Positions 30,678-41,007 of a DNA stretch of 64,000 bases are shown in pieces. Positions within the stretch are counted from its first letter, which is position 1. Each line of letters opens with the position of its first letter. Source of the stretch: an uncultured Actinomycetes bacterium (lineage in GTDB: Bacteria; Actinomycetota; Acidimicrobiia; Spongiisociales; DATADW01); contig CAWGRK010000009.1 in NCBI GenBank assembly GCA_963824995.1, forward strand, positions 1 to 64,000, given 5' to 3'. The notes below the pieces were generated by a model. It did not search any database. It was not told where the DNA came from and saw nothing but the letters and a program-made list of their open reading frames with translations. The translations under genes were made by a program, and so were the position numbers.

Positions 30678-30678
30678 C

Positions 30679-31632
30679 ATGAGAACAATCGGCACCCTGT
30701 TGATGGTGGCGCTACTGGCCGCCTGTGGAAACGGCGCCTCGCCGGTGGCGACCATCACAAGCCCGACCACCACCGAGGCGTTGCCGCCGTCCACCACATC
30801 GGCAAGCGAGCCGACCACGACCGCCGCCGGAACGCCCCCGACCACGGCCCCGGCCGACACGACCTCACCGCCGACCACGGCCGCCCCCGCCACGGCGCTC
30901 ACCGTGTTCTTCCTCTCCAACCAGGGAGGGAACGCCGCCCGCCAAGGCCCGTTCCTCATCCCGGTGCACCGAACCGTGGCTGCTACCCCCGGGTTGGCCC
31001 GGGCCGCGATCGAGGAGCTGCTCGGAGGCACCGAGCGCGACGAGGCAGCCGCCGGGATCGACACCGCGGTGCCCGAGACGACCCTGCTCCTCGGGGTGAG
31101 CATCACCGAGGGGGTGGCAACCGTCGACCTGACGCGGGACTTCGAGTCGGGCGGGGGGACCACTTCGATGTTCGCCCGGCTGGCCCAGTTGGTCTACACG
31201 GTGACCCAGTTCCCCACGGTCGATGCCGTCGAACTGCTGCTTGACGGAGAGCCGGTCGAGGTGTTCTCCGGCGAGGGGATCGTGATCGACGGCCCGCTCA
31301 CCAGGGATGCCTTCCTCGACTACGTGCCCCAGATCATGGTCGAGACGCCAGGATGGGACGGGGTGTTGGGCAACCCGGGCCGGATCGCCGGAATCGCCGC
31401 CGTCTTCGAGGCCGTCTTCCAGATCAGGCTCAGCGACGCCGCCGGTGAGGTGTTGTACGAGGACTTCGCCATGACGAGCGAGGGCCAGGGTTGGGGCAAC
31501 TTCGACACGACCATCGACTACTCGGTTGACGGGCCCCAGACCGGAACCCTCCGCGTCTGGGCTGACTCCCCCGAGGATGGCAGCGAGACGGGTGTCACCG
31601 AACTGCCGGTCGGACTTGCACCTGGGGGCTGA
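30679..31632 (+). CDS. GerMN + Gmad2-like lipoprotein
   Basis: Lipobox LAAC, Thr/Pro linker, ATVDL..FESGGG..RLAQLVYTVTQFPTV, AAVFEA..GWGNF. Confidence 0.85.
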   Translation: MRTIGTLLMVALLAACGNGASPVATITSPTTTEALPPSTTSASEPTTTAAGTPPTTAPADTTSPPTTAAPATALTVFFLSNQGGNAARQGPFLIPVHRTVAATPGLARAAIEELLGGTERDEAAAGIDTAVPETTLLLGVSITEGVATVDLTRDFESGGGTTSMFARLAQLVYTVTQFPTVDAVELLLDGEPVEVFSGEGIVIDGPLTRDAFLDYVPQIMVETPGWDGVLGNPGRIAGIAAVFEAVFQIRLSDAAGEVLYEDFAMTSEGQGWGNFDTTIDYSVDGPQTGTLRVWADSPEDGSETGVTELPVGLAPGG

Positions 31633-31635
31633 CGC

Positions 31636-31938
31636 TCAGAGGGCGGGGCGCACCATCTTCGCTTCTATGGACACGAGGAAGGAAGCCGGATCCGGGTCGA
31701 GAGCCTGCCGCTCCGGGCTCTGGTAGTAGCGCTCGACCGCTTCATCCCAGTCGCCATCGCCGTCGTAGGTGGTGAGCCACACAAAACGGTCCTCACCTTC
31801 GAGTATCCACGCCCCCTCGATACTGAATCCGTGAGCGGCCCGCGCCTCCACGACTTGCCGGAACGACTCGACGAACTCACCCATTCACCCAGGTTCGACC
31901 TGGTACATGCGGAACTGGGTCCGAGCGGCATCAGCCAT
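31636..31938 (-). pseudogene. NIPSNAP-family protein interrupted by an in-frame TGA at 31885-31887
   Basis: MADAARTQFRMYQVEPG*MGEFVE...FVWL..YYQSPER; RBS AGAGGAG upstream. Confidence 0.75.
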
Positions 31939-31979
31939 ATCGCGTCTCCTCTTTGGCTCGGTGGGCGATACTGCCAGGT

Positions 31980-34643
31980 TCAGCGCCGACGACGACGCAG
32001 GAGGCGGCCGATCGTGGCCTCCTCGTGGACCGGGACCTCGGTGACCGGCTCCGGTGGCGGAGGCGGCGGTGCCTTCGCCGCTGCGGTTGTGCCGCCCTGC
32101 GGCGTCCGGTCGGTGGTGAGGACCAGCCGGCGCAGGGCGACGTCGAGGCCGAACAGCGCCAAAGCCGCTGCAGCAAGCCACGGCCAGGTGTCCACCTGCG
32201 CACGGCCCCCGGCCGGTGCCCGGGCGAACGCCTCGGCGGGCGCCGGGTCCACCCTGCCACCGGTGGCCTCGGTGACCGTCGCGGCCAGGGCCGGATCAGG
32301 CTCGCGGAAGGCAAACTCCTCCTCGTAGCTCGACACCGCACCCGAACTCCCCATCACCCGGCCGCCATCCGCGCTCTCCACCGCGACCGACACCCAGTAG
32401 GCCCCCGGTCCGCGGAGGGGGAATGAGCCGCTGAAGGTGGTTGCATCGCTGCGCCGCAGGGAGAGCAGGGCGGTCTCTCCGTCGGGGAGACGGACGCGGG
32501 CGGTGCCGGCGGCGTCGAGCGGCACGTCACCGGCATCGAACGAGACTTGGAGCCGGCCACCGGTCGCCGTTACCTCGGGCGGGGTGTCGAGCCCGGCGGG
32601 AAGCACTTGGCGCAGCACGTCCCCCCAGAAGGTCACGTATCCATCCCACTCCACCCAGGCCGATGACCATCGGGTGGTTGCGTCGGATGTCCATGCGGTC
32701 ACCCGTCCCAGCCCTCTCTGCCAGGTGCTCAGTAGGGGATCGGCAGGACCGACCTCGAGGGCGGTGGAGGCCGTCGCCTTTGCCTTGGTGAGCACGTACC
32801 CGAAGAGAGCGGGCGCACGGGTCAATCCGTCGGTGACCGGCGATGGGGCGGCAAGCGCAGGCAGGAACTCGCCTTCCGAGGCCAGCGAGCGCGCCACCGT
32901 GAGGGTCTCCTCGACGAAGACCTCGGGCACCGCTTCGAGGTCTGTGCCGGGGTAGTAGCGACCCCCACCGACCTCGGACATCCGCTCCAGCGTGTTCCCG
33001 GCGCCCTCACCGGTCCCCAACACCGACAGCGTGATCCCGGCATCGGCGATCTCGCGGGCGATAGGCAACAACCCGGCCTCATTGGGGTCCCAGCCGTCGG
33101 TGAAGAGCACGATGTGGCGCAACCCGGCAGGCGCATCTCGCAGCTCCTCGAGTGCCGCGGTGAGCCCGTTGGCCAGTTCGGTGTCACCCTGGGGACTGAG
33201 CGTCGCCAACGCCGCCTCCACTTCGGTCTGATCCGGCCGCGGCCCGACCGGGAGTACCCACCGTGTGCCCGAACTGACGGCGACCACGCCAACTCTGTCC
33301 TCCGAGCTGAGTGCCTCGATCGCCAACTGGGCGCCGGCGCGGGAAATGTCGGTCTTGTTCACCCCGCCTTCGACGAATGTCTCGTCGCGGCAATGACAAG
33401 CCGCCATCGAGCCGGATGTGTCGATCACGAGCACCTCGGTCAGCGGCTGGCGTCTGATCAGGTCATCCGGGTTGCTCTGGACCGGGAGGAGTTCCTCGAG
33501 CTGGGTGTCCTGGTAGTCACCGAGGCCGTACGCCTGGTCTCCGCCGACTACGACCAGCCCGCGGCCGAGGTCCTCGACGAAACCACGCAGCGTTTCGGAG
33601 ACCTCGGGCGACGGAGCGGGCACATTGACCAGCACGGCGGCGTCATAGCGGAGCAGGGTCTCCGGGCCAGGTATGCCGCCGAGGACGTCCACCTCCAGGT
33701 TCCCCGCTTCGAGCCCATCGGCCAACTCGGCACCGTCCCCGGCGCGCCCCTCGACCACCGCCACCCGGGCGGGACCAAGCACCCTGGTGAGACCGACGGC
33801 CCTGTCGTTCTCGGGCCGAGTGTCGAACTCGGCGATGACCTCGGCGCTCACGGTCATGAAGCCCGGCTGGTCTGCCGGGACCTCGACCTCGACCTCGTTG
33901 CGCCCCGGCTGAAGCTCTACCGCCAGGCGCTGCTGCTCGCCACCGGCATCCACGACCAATTCAGCGGGGCCAGCCTCGGTGGACCTGACCGATATCGTCA
34001 GTGGCACCTGATCACCGCGCCTCGCCGTCGCCGGGGCCTCCACCCCGTCGAGCACGGCGTCTGCCGATCGGTCGCCCCTGACCGCCACGACATCCACTGC
34101 GATCCCTTCGGCGGCGAGTTCCTCGGCGACTGCACCGGCGTCCCCGGTCGTTGGCACGAGGTCGGAGAGCACCACCACCCGCCGCGATCCCTCGGTCGGC
34201 AACAGGGTCGCCGCGGCGCGCATCGCGGTGGCCAGGTCGGTGGCGCTGTCGTCCACCACTGTGCGGATCGACCCGGGTTGCCTCCCCGCGGCAAGCGGGG
34301 TATCCACCCTCGCCTCGGCGCCGAAAACCATGACACCTGAGCGGTCCTCGGGCCGTGCTCGCTCGAGGGCTTCTGCGATGTATGCCTCTTGCTCCTCGAT
34401 GGCACCGGCCCCGATCGACGCCGACCGATCTACGAGGAACAGCGTGGCGTGGGTGTCTACCGGCCTCGCCCAGACCGGTTGCGCCATGGCCGCGACGAGG
34501 AGCACCACCATTCCCACCCGGGCAGCCACCGCCCAGCGGTGCTGCCTGGCGGGGACCGACCTGCTCCCGCGACGGGCGGCGGTGACCACCACAAGCACTA
34601 CCAATGGGAGGGCGAGCAGCCACCAGGGCGAGCGAAGGGTCAC
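31980..34643 (-). CDS. Membrane-anchored double-VWA / glutamine-amidotransferase-like protein
   Basis: PWWLLAL, VDRSAS, LSD, LVVVGG..AYGLGDY..LEELLPV, IDTSGSM, FTDG, GLGRVTAWTSD, C-terminal TM. Confidence 0.85.
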   Translation of the reverse strand: MTLRSPWWLLALPLVVLVVVTAARRGSRSVPARQHRWAVAARVGMVVLLVAAMAQPVWARPVDTHATLFLVDRSASIGAGAIEEQEAYIAEALERARPEDRSGVMVFGAEARVDTPLAAGRQPGSIRTVVDDSATDLATAMRAAATLLPTEGSRRVVVLSDLVPTTGDAGAVAEELAAEGIAVDVVAVRGDRSADAVLDGVEAPATARRGDQVPLTISVRSTEAGPAELVVDAGGEQQRLAVELQPGRNEVEVEVPADQPGFMTVSAEVIAEFDTRPENDRAVGLTRVLGPARVAVVEGRAGDGAELADGLEAGNLEVDVLGGIPGPETLLRYDAAVLVNVPAPSPEVSETLRGFVEDLGRGLVVVGGDQAYGLGDYQDTQLEELLPVQSNPDDLIRRQPLTEVLVIDTSGSMAACHCRDETFVEGGVNKTDISRAGAQLAIEALSSEDRVGVVAVSSGTRWVLPVGPRPDQTEVEAALATLSPQGDTELANGLTAALEELRDAPAGLRHIVLFTDGWDPNEAGLLPIAREIADAGITLSVLGTGEGAGNTLERMSEVGGGRYYPGTDLEAVPEVFVEETLTVARSLASEGEFLPALAAPSPVTDGLTRAPALFGYVLTKAKATASTALEVGPADPLLSTWQRGLGRVTAWTSDATTRWSSAWVEWDGYVTFWGDVLRQVLPAGLDTPPEVTATGGRLQVSFDAGDVPLDAAGTARVRLPDGETALLSLRRSDATTFSGSFPLRGPGAYWVSVAVESADGGRVMGSSGAVSSYEEEFAFREPDPALAATVTEATGGRVDPAPAEAFARAPAGGRAQVDTWPWLAAAALALFGLDVALRRLVLTTDRTPQGGTTAAAKAPPPPPPEPVTEVPVHEEATIGRLLRRRRR

Positions 34644-36501
34644 CGTTCGCCCCGCCCGGCACCAACCAATATCTCCTCGGACGCCTCCCCGCTCACCGCC
34701 GTCGCACGGCGGCGTGGTCGGCGATGGCCCAGCAGCCACTCGGCAAGGGCGAGGAACAACAACGCACCGATGATCCAGGGTGCCCACTCGCGCACCAGCG
34801 AACCGGAAGTCACATCGGTACCGGGTGCCTCCACCGTGGAGATCTCACGCGTCGCACCCTCCGATTCCCCGGCGGCAAAACGGCGCACCACCACGGGCCC
34901 CGGCGCCTCCGAGGTATCCGCCCTCAGGTAGGTGACCCGGTAGACACCCGGGAGGTCGGTATCGGTGAAGAGATCCACCGTGCTACCGATGTCGCGCGAC
35001 TCCCCGTCGGGAAGAAGCACCCGGCTGGTCCCTCCAGGCGGAGGAACAAGGGTGATCGGAACTCCCGCCGTGTCGACCGCGGCATCGCCACCCACCCCGG
35101 TTCCCGACATCCACTCGAGCAGACGGGTTCCGAGGATCGGGTAGGCCACCTGGACCGGGAGATTGGAGTGGGCGACATCGAAAGTGAAGTAGACGACGCG
35201 CCTCCCGCCGACCTCGCCGAGGAGGACGAGGGGAACGTCGCCGGCGCGCACCAGGGGCAGCCAGCGAGGGGCGTCCACAACCTGCGCCTCCCCGACAACG
35301 GTCTCGCTGAGGTCCACCCCGTCGAGGAGCGGATCGCCGGGGCGTTGCCAGGTCACCGCCAGGTTCTGGGCCAACTCGACCACCTCGATCCCATCGGGCG
35401 GCTCGGCGGTCCTGATGACCCACGCCGGGCGGTCGAGCGAGGTCAATTCACCGCCATCCACCAGCAGCAGGTCGGCGTCCTCATCGCCGTCGGCGGAACG
35501 AAACCCGGGTGCGGCATCGACCAGTGCTTCGGTGAAGAACGAAGGTGCACCGGTGATCTCGACAACCTGTTCGGGCGCCGCTCCGATCACCAGCGCTGCC
35601 AGGTCATCGGCCGGCAGGGCGTCTTCAGCCTGTACGAGACGAGCGGTCACCACGTCTCCCGGCCCGGCCTCGAGGGGCACCGTGACCCGTCCCCGCTCCA
35701 TCGGCGCCAGTTCGAGTTCGCTGGTGCCGATCGGCAGGCCATCCACCTCGAGTTGCACCGAGGCGGTGCGCTCCCTCTGCGAGACGTTGGAGACCTCGAG
35801 GAAGGCCCGGGGGGTGCCGGCGGTGGACGACTCGGTCGAGAACGCCGTGATCGCCAGATTGTCACCGGTGTCGTCGAACACGATGTGCTCCGCCCCGACC
35901 ACGGGTTCCTCCAGCGTCGAGTCCGCAGGGCCACCGTCGCTGAATATCAGCATCCGGGTCGGGCGGTCCGGCGTCTCCAGCCCGCCGCGCCAGCCTGAGC
36001 GCGCCGTCCAGATCCTCCACCCCCCCACCGGCCTCGAGCGATGCCAGCGCCTCCTCCACCGCTTCGCGGTCCTGGGAGAAGGCCACCAGCACCCGAGGTG
36101 TCGGCCCGGCTTCCACAACCGATACGAGGTTGGCTTCGGAAACGTCGGCCGCAATCCCCGTCGCCTCCTCGACGGCCCTCGTCAACCGACCGGCCATCGC
36201 CATCGAGCCAGACGTGTCCACTACGAACACGGTGTGCGGGCCGAGCACCGTCTGTTGGAGGAAGAAGGGCCGCGCCAGGAGCAGGGCGAACATGGCCAGG
36301 ACTGCGAGTTGGGCGAGCAGCAGAGGGGTGGGGCGGAGCCGTTGCCACGGCACCGCCGACGACACCGGGTCGCCGACCTGATTCCACAGGTAGACACTCG
36401 AGACCGGAGTGCGTTGCCGCCGGCTCCTCAGCATGTAGAGCGCTATCAGAGGCACGGCCAGCGCGGCGACTCCGACGCGCGGCGGGTACCAGGAACCTCA
36501 C
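34640..36501 (-). CDS. BatA/VWA-domain membrane protein, frameshifted (near 36480 and 35990)
   Basis: LYMLR..R..VSS..LW, LLLAQL..LARP, VDTSGSM, FSDG, SNLP..AYPIL, C-terminal LAEW across three ORFs. Confidence 0.8.
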
Positions 36502-37367
36502 CGCAGCACCCCGGCACTTGCAAGTTGCCGCAGCGCCGCTTCCTCGGCCCCCACCACCGCAGGGACCATGAGGTGATCCATCCCCGAGCGCCGGGCTCTG
36601 CCCGCAACCGTGTCGAGGAACTCGTCGAGCCTTCGCTGGTAGGCGTCGAGAGCCTCGACCGATGCCGAGAACGGCAGCCGCACCCCGGTCTCACCGTCAA
36701 CCAGGTCGAGGTCACCCACCAGAGCCGGGTCCAGCTCTCCCTGGCCAAGCACTTGGAGCACCAACCCCCCGCCGGTGGCGCCGAGCTTGTCGATGGCCGG
36801 CTCCCATCCGGGGTCGAGCAGGTCCGAGACCAGAACCGTCAGGGCACGAGCCGCACCAGGGCTGCCGGAGCGAATGGCGGCGTCCTCGAGGGTGGCGGCA
36901 CCGCCTGGCTCGATCCCCTCGAGCCAGCGTTCGATCTGGGCCCACGACGAAAGGTGGCGGCCGAGGGGGCCCGTCATCGACCTGCCTCCGCGCGCTCCGC
37001 CAAGGGCGAGGGGTTGCACGCGGTCGCCGCCGGCGAGCGCCAGGTAGCCCACCATCGCCGAGAGACGGAGGGCCGTGTCGAACTTCCCCTCGTACGCCAT
37101 TGATGCCGAGGCGTCGATGACGAGCCTCAAGGTGAGCTCCTCCTCGGCCTGGTAGCGGCGGACCAGGATCACACCGAGGCGCGCCCAGAGTTGGTGGTCT
37201 ATCCGCCGGAAGTCGTCTCCCGGCGAGTACTCCCGGTAGTCGGCGAAGTCGAGGCTCTCCCCCAACCGCACCGACGAGTGCCTCCCCGACCACATCCCTC
37301 TGATGCGGCGGCGCGATACCAGTGCGAGCCGCTCGAGTCGGGCCCTCAGTGCGGGCTCGAGCAGCAC
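36498..37367 (-). CDS. DUF58 family protein
   Basis: GESLDFADYREYSPGDDFRRID, IDASASM, LVSDLL. Confidence 0.92.
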   Translation of the reverse strand: MLLEPALRARLERLALVSRRRIRGMWSGRHSSVRLGESLDFADYREYSPGDDFRRIDHQLWARLGVILVRRYQAEEELTLRLVIDASASMAYEGKFDTALRLSAMVGYLALAGGDRVQPLALGGARGGRSMTGPLGRHLSSWAQIERWLEGIEPGGAATLEDAAIRSGSPGAARALTVLVSDLLDPGWEPAIDKLGATGGGLVLQVLGQGELDPALVGDLDLVDGETGVRLPFSASVEALDAYQRRLDEFLDTVAGRARRSGMDHLMVPAVVGAEEAALRQLASAGVLR

Positions 37368-37398
37368 CTGAGCACCCCTGTGGAGATTGGGGCAGGGA

Positions 37399-38382
37399 TC
37401 ACGAGACGGGCCCGGGCGAAGGGTGGGCCGCCACAACGTCGGCGATGAGATCGTCGGCGGTGACCCCGTCGGCGACAGCCTCGTAGCCAAGGACGAGGCG
37501 ATGACGGAGCGCCGCTGGCGCCAGGCCGACCAGGTCCTCGGCGGCGAGGTTGGGGCGGCCACTGGTGAGGGCGCGGGCCTTGCCGCCTAGCACGAGCGCC
37601 TGCGCTCCCCGCGGGCTGGCGCCGTGGCGGACGTAGCGTCGCACCCGTTCCGGTGCGAGTTCACTCGCCGGATGGGTGGCAGACACCAGCGTGGCGGCGA
37701 ATTCGAGCAGGTGCGACGCGGCGGGCAACTCGCGCACCACCTCGCCCATCTCCAGCAGCGTCGGTCCGTCGGCTGACGGGTGTGCGGTGGCGTCGTGCCC
37801 GGTGGTGGTACGGCGGAGTATCTCGACCATGTCGGCTTTGTCCGGGAAGGGCACCAGGACCTTGAAGAGGAACCGGTCGAGTTGGGCCTCGGGGAGTGGA
37901 TAGGTGCCCTCCATCTCGATCGGGTTCTGGGTGGCCATCACCAGGAAGGGTCGTGGCAGCTTGTGAGTCTCACCGCCGAGGGTGATTCTTCGCTCCTGCA
38001 TCGCCTCGAGCAGCGCCGACTGGGTCTTTGGGGTGGCGCGGTTGACCTCATCGGCCAGGACCAGGTTGGCGAAGATCGGTCCCTCGTGGAATTCGAATCG
38101 GTTCTCGTGGAGAACCTTGGTACCCAGGATGTCCGCCGGCATCAGGTCGGGTGTGAACTGGACCCGCCCGAACGACACGTCGAGCGCCTGACCCAGCGTG
38201 GTGAGAAGCCGGGTTTTGCCCAACCCAGGGACACCTTCGAGCAGCACGTGCCCCTCGCAGAGCACAGCAAAGAGCACGGAGGTGACCAGATCGTCTTGTC
38301 CTACGATGACCTTGCCGACCTCGCTGCGTATCCCGTCGAGGGTTTCGGCGAACCGATCGGGCGTCATCTGCGAGACGGTCAT
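37399..38382 (-). CDS. moxR: MoxR-family AAA+ ATPase
   Basis: EGVPGLGKT, RVQFTPDLMPAD, DEVNRATPKTQSALLEAM, ATQNPIE.EGTYPLPEAQLDRF, GASPRG. Confidence 0.95.
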   Translation of the reverse strand: MTVSQMTPDRFAETLDGIRSEVGKVIVGQDDLVTSVLFAVLCEGHVLLEGVPGLGKTRLLTTLGQALDVSFGRVQFTPDLMPADILGTKVLHENRFEFHEGPIFANLVLADEVNRATPKTQSALLEAMQERRITLGGETHKLPRPFLVMATQNPIEMEGTYPLPEAQLDRFLFKVLVPFPDKADMVEILRRTTTGHDATAHPSADGPTLLEMGEVVRELPAASHLLEFAATLVSATHPASELAPERVRRYVRHGASPRGAQALVLGGKARALTSGRPNLAAEDLVGLAPAALRHRLVLGYEAVADGVTADDLIADVVAAHPSPGPVS

Positions 38383-39992
38383 TCGCCGGGCTCCAACTCG
38401 GTGAAGTAGGTCCGGACCAGGTCCCTGAGGGCGGGCGGGACCGTCAACGCATCCAACGCTTCGAGCGCGGCGCTCTGGTATTCGGCATAGCGCTCCGTAT
38501 AGGGCGCCAGCGGTACGTTCCTCATCCCCTCACCCTCGACCCGGCCCCTCAGTTCGCCGGGTTCGAGCCCCTCGAGTCGCACCCGCACCTCTTCGCCCTC
38601 CTCGAATCCAACCGGGTCGAACACGCTCACCCGGTCGGGTTCCTGTGCCGGGTCCTGGTCGCCGGTGCCACCCTGGACGGTGCCGTCGCCGCTGGCCGGG
38701 CTGGGGGTCCCCGGAACCTGCGAACCACCGGCACCCTGACCACCGCCGCCTCCACCCGCTCCCTGACCTTGCCCCTGCCCCTGACCCTGACCTGCCCCTT
38801 GACCCTGACCTTGGCCCTGACCTTCGCCCTGACCCTGACCTTGGCCCTCTCCCTGACCTTGGCCTTCGCCTTCGCCTTCGTCCTCGCCCTCGCCCTGACT
38901 CTCGCCCTCGGACTCACCGGTCCGCTGGCTATCCAAGCGCTCCTGTGCGTCGCGCACCGCCGAGCGGGCCTGCGATTGGGCCTCAGCCGCTGCCTCCTCA
39001 GCCGTCGCCCGATCCAATGAGTCGGCGGCGTCGCTCAGCGACTCCCCGGCGCCGGCACCACCCCGCCGAAGGTCGGCTGCCGCCCCTTCCAGTGCCTCGG
39101 CCAGATCCCCGTCGATCCCCTGGAAGTCCTCGGCGCGTTGCGCCAGCTCGTCCGCGGCCGTTTCAAGTTCGGCGGGAGTGAGCTCGTCCGCCCGGGAGGC
39201 AAGATCGCGCAACTGGTCGGCGGCGGTCTGCCCGTCGCCGAGCGGCTCCTGCTGGAGGCGACGCTCCATCCCCGCCAGCGCCGTCCGCCTCGCCAGTTCG
39301 GCGGGATCTGTCTGGGCGGCGAGCCTTTCGCGTGCTTCTCCGAGCCGCACCAGCGCCTCGTCGATGTCGGCCGACTCCCGCAGCCTGCGAGCCTCCTCCT
39401 CGAGCTGACGACGCACCTCTTCGGGAAGATCTGCCGCCTCGGCCTCGAGCCGCTGGGCCTCACGCTCGATAGCCTCGGATTGGCGGTTTCTCTCCTCTAG
39501 AGCCGCGTCGGCCGGTGATGGGATCAGCGCGAGTGCGAGGGCGGCAGCGACCCCGAGCGCAGCCAGCCAGGGCAGCGCTCCACCGGTGAAGACGGGTCCG
39601 AGCGCCGACGTGTCACGCCGCTCCGCCCATGCCGCCGCCGCCGCCACCTGTCTCCGCTCCGGGTCGTTGAGGTCGGGCCGCTCGACGAGCTCGAGGGCTG
39701 TTGAGACCCGGTCGTAACCACCGAGACGGCGGTCCACCTCGAGCGCCGCCCGACCCATGGAGGGGCGGCGCACCAAGGTCAGCAAGGCCACGATCAGCAG
39801 CGCCCCTGCCAAGACGGGGAGGGCAGCCAACTCGGCCCATGGCAGGATCACCATCCGGCCAACGGCAAAGACCGCCGCCGCTGCCACTGCGACCACCGCC
39901 ACCGTGGTGAGCAGCCGGATCCACAGCGCGGAGAACGTGAGCCGGCGTCGGGTCGCGACCAGGAGGGACCGGATCGAATCAGGCAGCGGCAT
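38379..39992 (-). CDS. Membrane-anchored coiled-coil protein with Gly/Gln repeat region
   Basis: N-terminal TMs, helical E/A/R-rich body, (GQ/GE)n tract, C-terminal VPPALRDLVRTYF. Confidence 0.8.
   Translation of the reverse strand: MPLPDSIRSLLVATRRRLTFSALWIRLLTTVAVVAVAAAAVFAVGRMVILPWAELAALPVLAGALLIVALLTLVRRPSMGRAALEVDRRLGGYDRVSTALELVERPDLNDPERRQVAAAAAWAERRDTSALGPVFTGGALPWLAALGVAAALALALIPSPADAALEERNRQSEAIEREAQRLEAEAADLPEEVRRQLEEEARRLRESADIDEALVRLGEARERLAAQTDPAELARRTALAGMERRLQQEPLGDGQTAADQLRDLASRADELTPAELETAADELAQRAEDFQGIDGDLAEALEGAAADLRRGGAGAGESLSDAADSLDRATAEEAAAEAQSQARSAVRDAQERLDSQRTGESEGESQGEGEDEGEGEGQGQGEGQGQGQGEGQGQGQGQGAGQGQGQGQGQGAGGGGGGQGAGGSQVPGTPSPASGDGTVQGGTGDQDPAQEPDRVSVFDPVGFEEGEEVRVRLEGLEPGELRGRVEGEGMRNVPLAPYTERYAEYQSAALEALDALTVPPALRDLVRTYFTELEPGE
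38735..38910 (-). repeat. Coding hexanucleotide repeat encoding GQGQGE
   Basis: Runs of ccctga/ccttgg/ccttcg on the + strand. Confidence 0.85.
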
Positions 39993-41007
39993 GCAACAGC
40001 TTCCTACTTCGTCTCGATGGGGCGGTCACGCGTCTCGTGGCGCCGAGGAGCGCCACCACCGAGATGGCCCCGTAAATGACAACCGTGCGGATCCAGACCG
40101 GGCCTCTCCTTGGGCGGAGCGGCGGAAGCTCCACCCCATCCACTCCGCCTAGCTCGTCATCACCAGGGACCACGATCTGGGGGGGTGCCACACCTCCGCC
40201 GGCAATCTCGGTGAAGGGCGAGAGCCCGGCGCGCAGCGAGAGCAGCGCGTTGGGCGGAGAGAAGACGGCTACCTCGTTCATCGGGTCGGCCTCGATCGGC
40301 TCCTCGACCGCAGAGACCATCCCGATGTAGGGGTTGATCCACGATGTATAGATCTCGCGTCCACCCACCGGGAAGAAGACTTCCTGGGAAGGTCGGAAGG
40401 CGATGATCTCCGCAGCCATCACGCCAAGGCTGAGAAAAGCGATGAGTGCCGTCAACGCATAGGCACCTGCCACCGCGCCACGGGTGCTGCGCGCCCTGGC
40501 CGAGACCCACAGGGAGATGCAGCCCAGGGCGAGGGCGGTCAAGAGGATCATGCCAAGCCCGGAAACCGCCTCGCGCAGCGAGACACCGCCGAAGAGGCTG
40601 GGCAGGGCGACGATCGGGGCGATCGCCACCAGCAGCAGGAGGACATAGGACATCGACGACAAGAGCTTTCCACGTACCACCTGGCCCGCGCTCAGTTGGC
40701 TGACCTGGAGCAGCGGGAGGGTGAGTCGCTCGCGCTCCCCGACGATGCTCAGCGCCACCCCCCCGGGAACGACCATGACGACACCGGTCATGAGGAGCAC
40801 CAGAAGAGACTCGAACATGAACCTCCCCATGGTTGCAGCGGCAACGAACGTCCCACCGGTACCGAACATGTTCTGAGCGACGAGGCGGGACAGTTGGTAC
40901 ACCAGATAGCCGAGCAACCCAACGGCGAGGATCCACAGCGTGAATAGGACTGCAGAACGGGGTCGCCGGAACCTCTCGGTGAGCTCTCGGCGGGCAACCG
41001 GGTTCAT
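39979..41007 (-). CDS. ABC transporter permease
   Basis: MNPVARREL, SIVGERERLTLPLLQVS, VVRGKL; multiple TMs. Confidence 0.88.
   Translation of the reverse strand: MNPVARRELTERFRRPRSAVLFTLWILAVGLLGYLVYQLSRLVAQNMFGTGGTFVAAATMGRFMFESLLVLLMTGVVMVVPGGVALSIVGERERLTLPLLQVSQLSAGQVVRGKLLSSMSYVLLLLVAIAPIVALPSLFGGVSLREAVSGLGMILLTALALGCISLWVSARARSTRGAVAGAYALTALIAFLSLGVMAAEIIAFRPSQEVFFPVGGREIYTSWINPYIGMVSAVEEPIEADPMNEVAVFSPPNALLSLRAGLSPFTEIAGGGVAPPQIVVPGDDELGGVDGVELPPLRPRRGPVWIRTVVIYGAISVVALLGATRRVTAPSRRSRKLLHAAA

Noticed and set aside
31885..31887. Selenocysteine codon in the NIPSNAP gene
   Set aside because: The position does not look like a Cys site in this family and I see no convincing SECIS; CGA->TGA mutation or error is simpler
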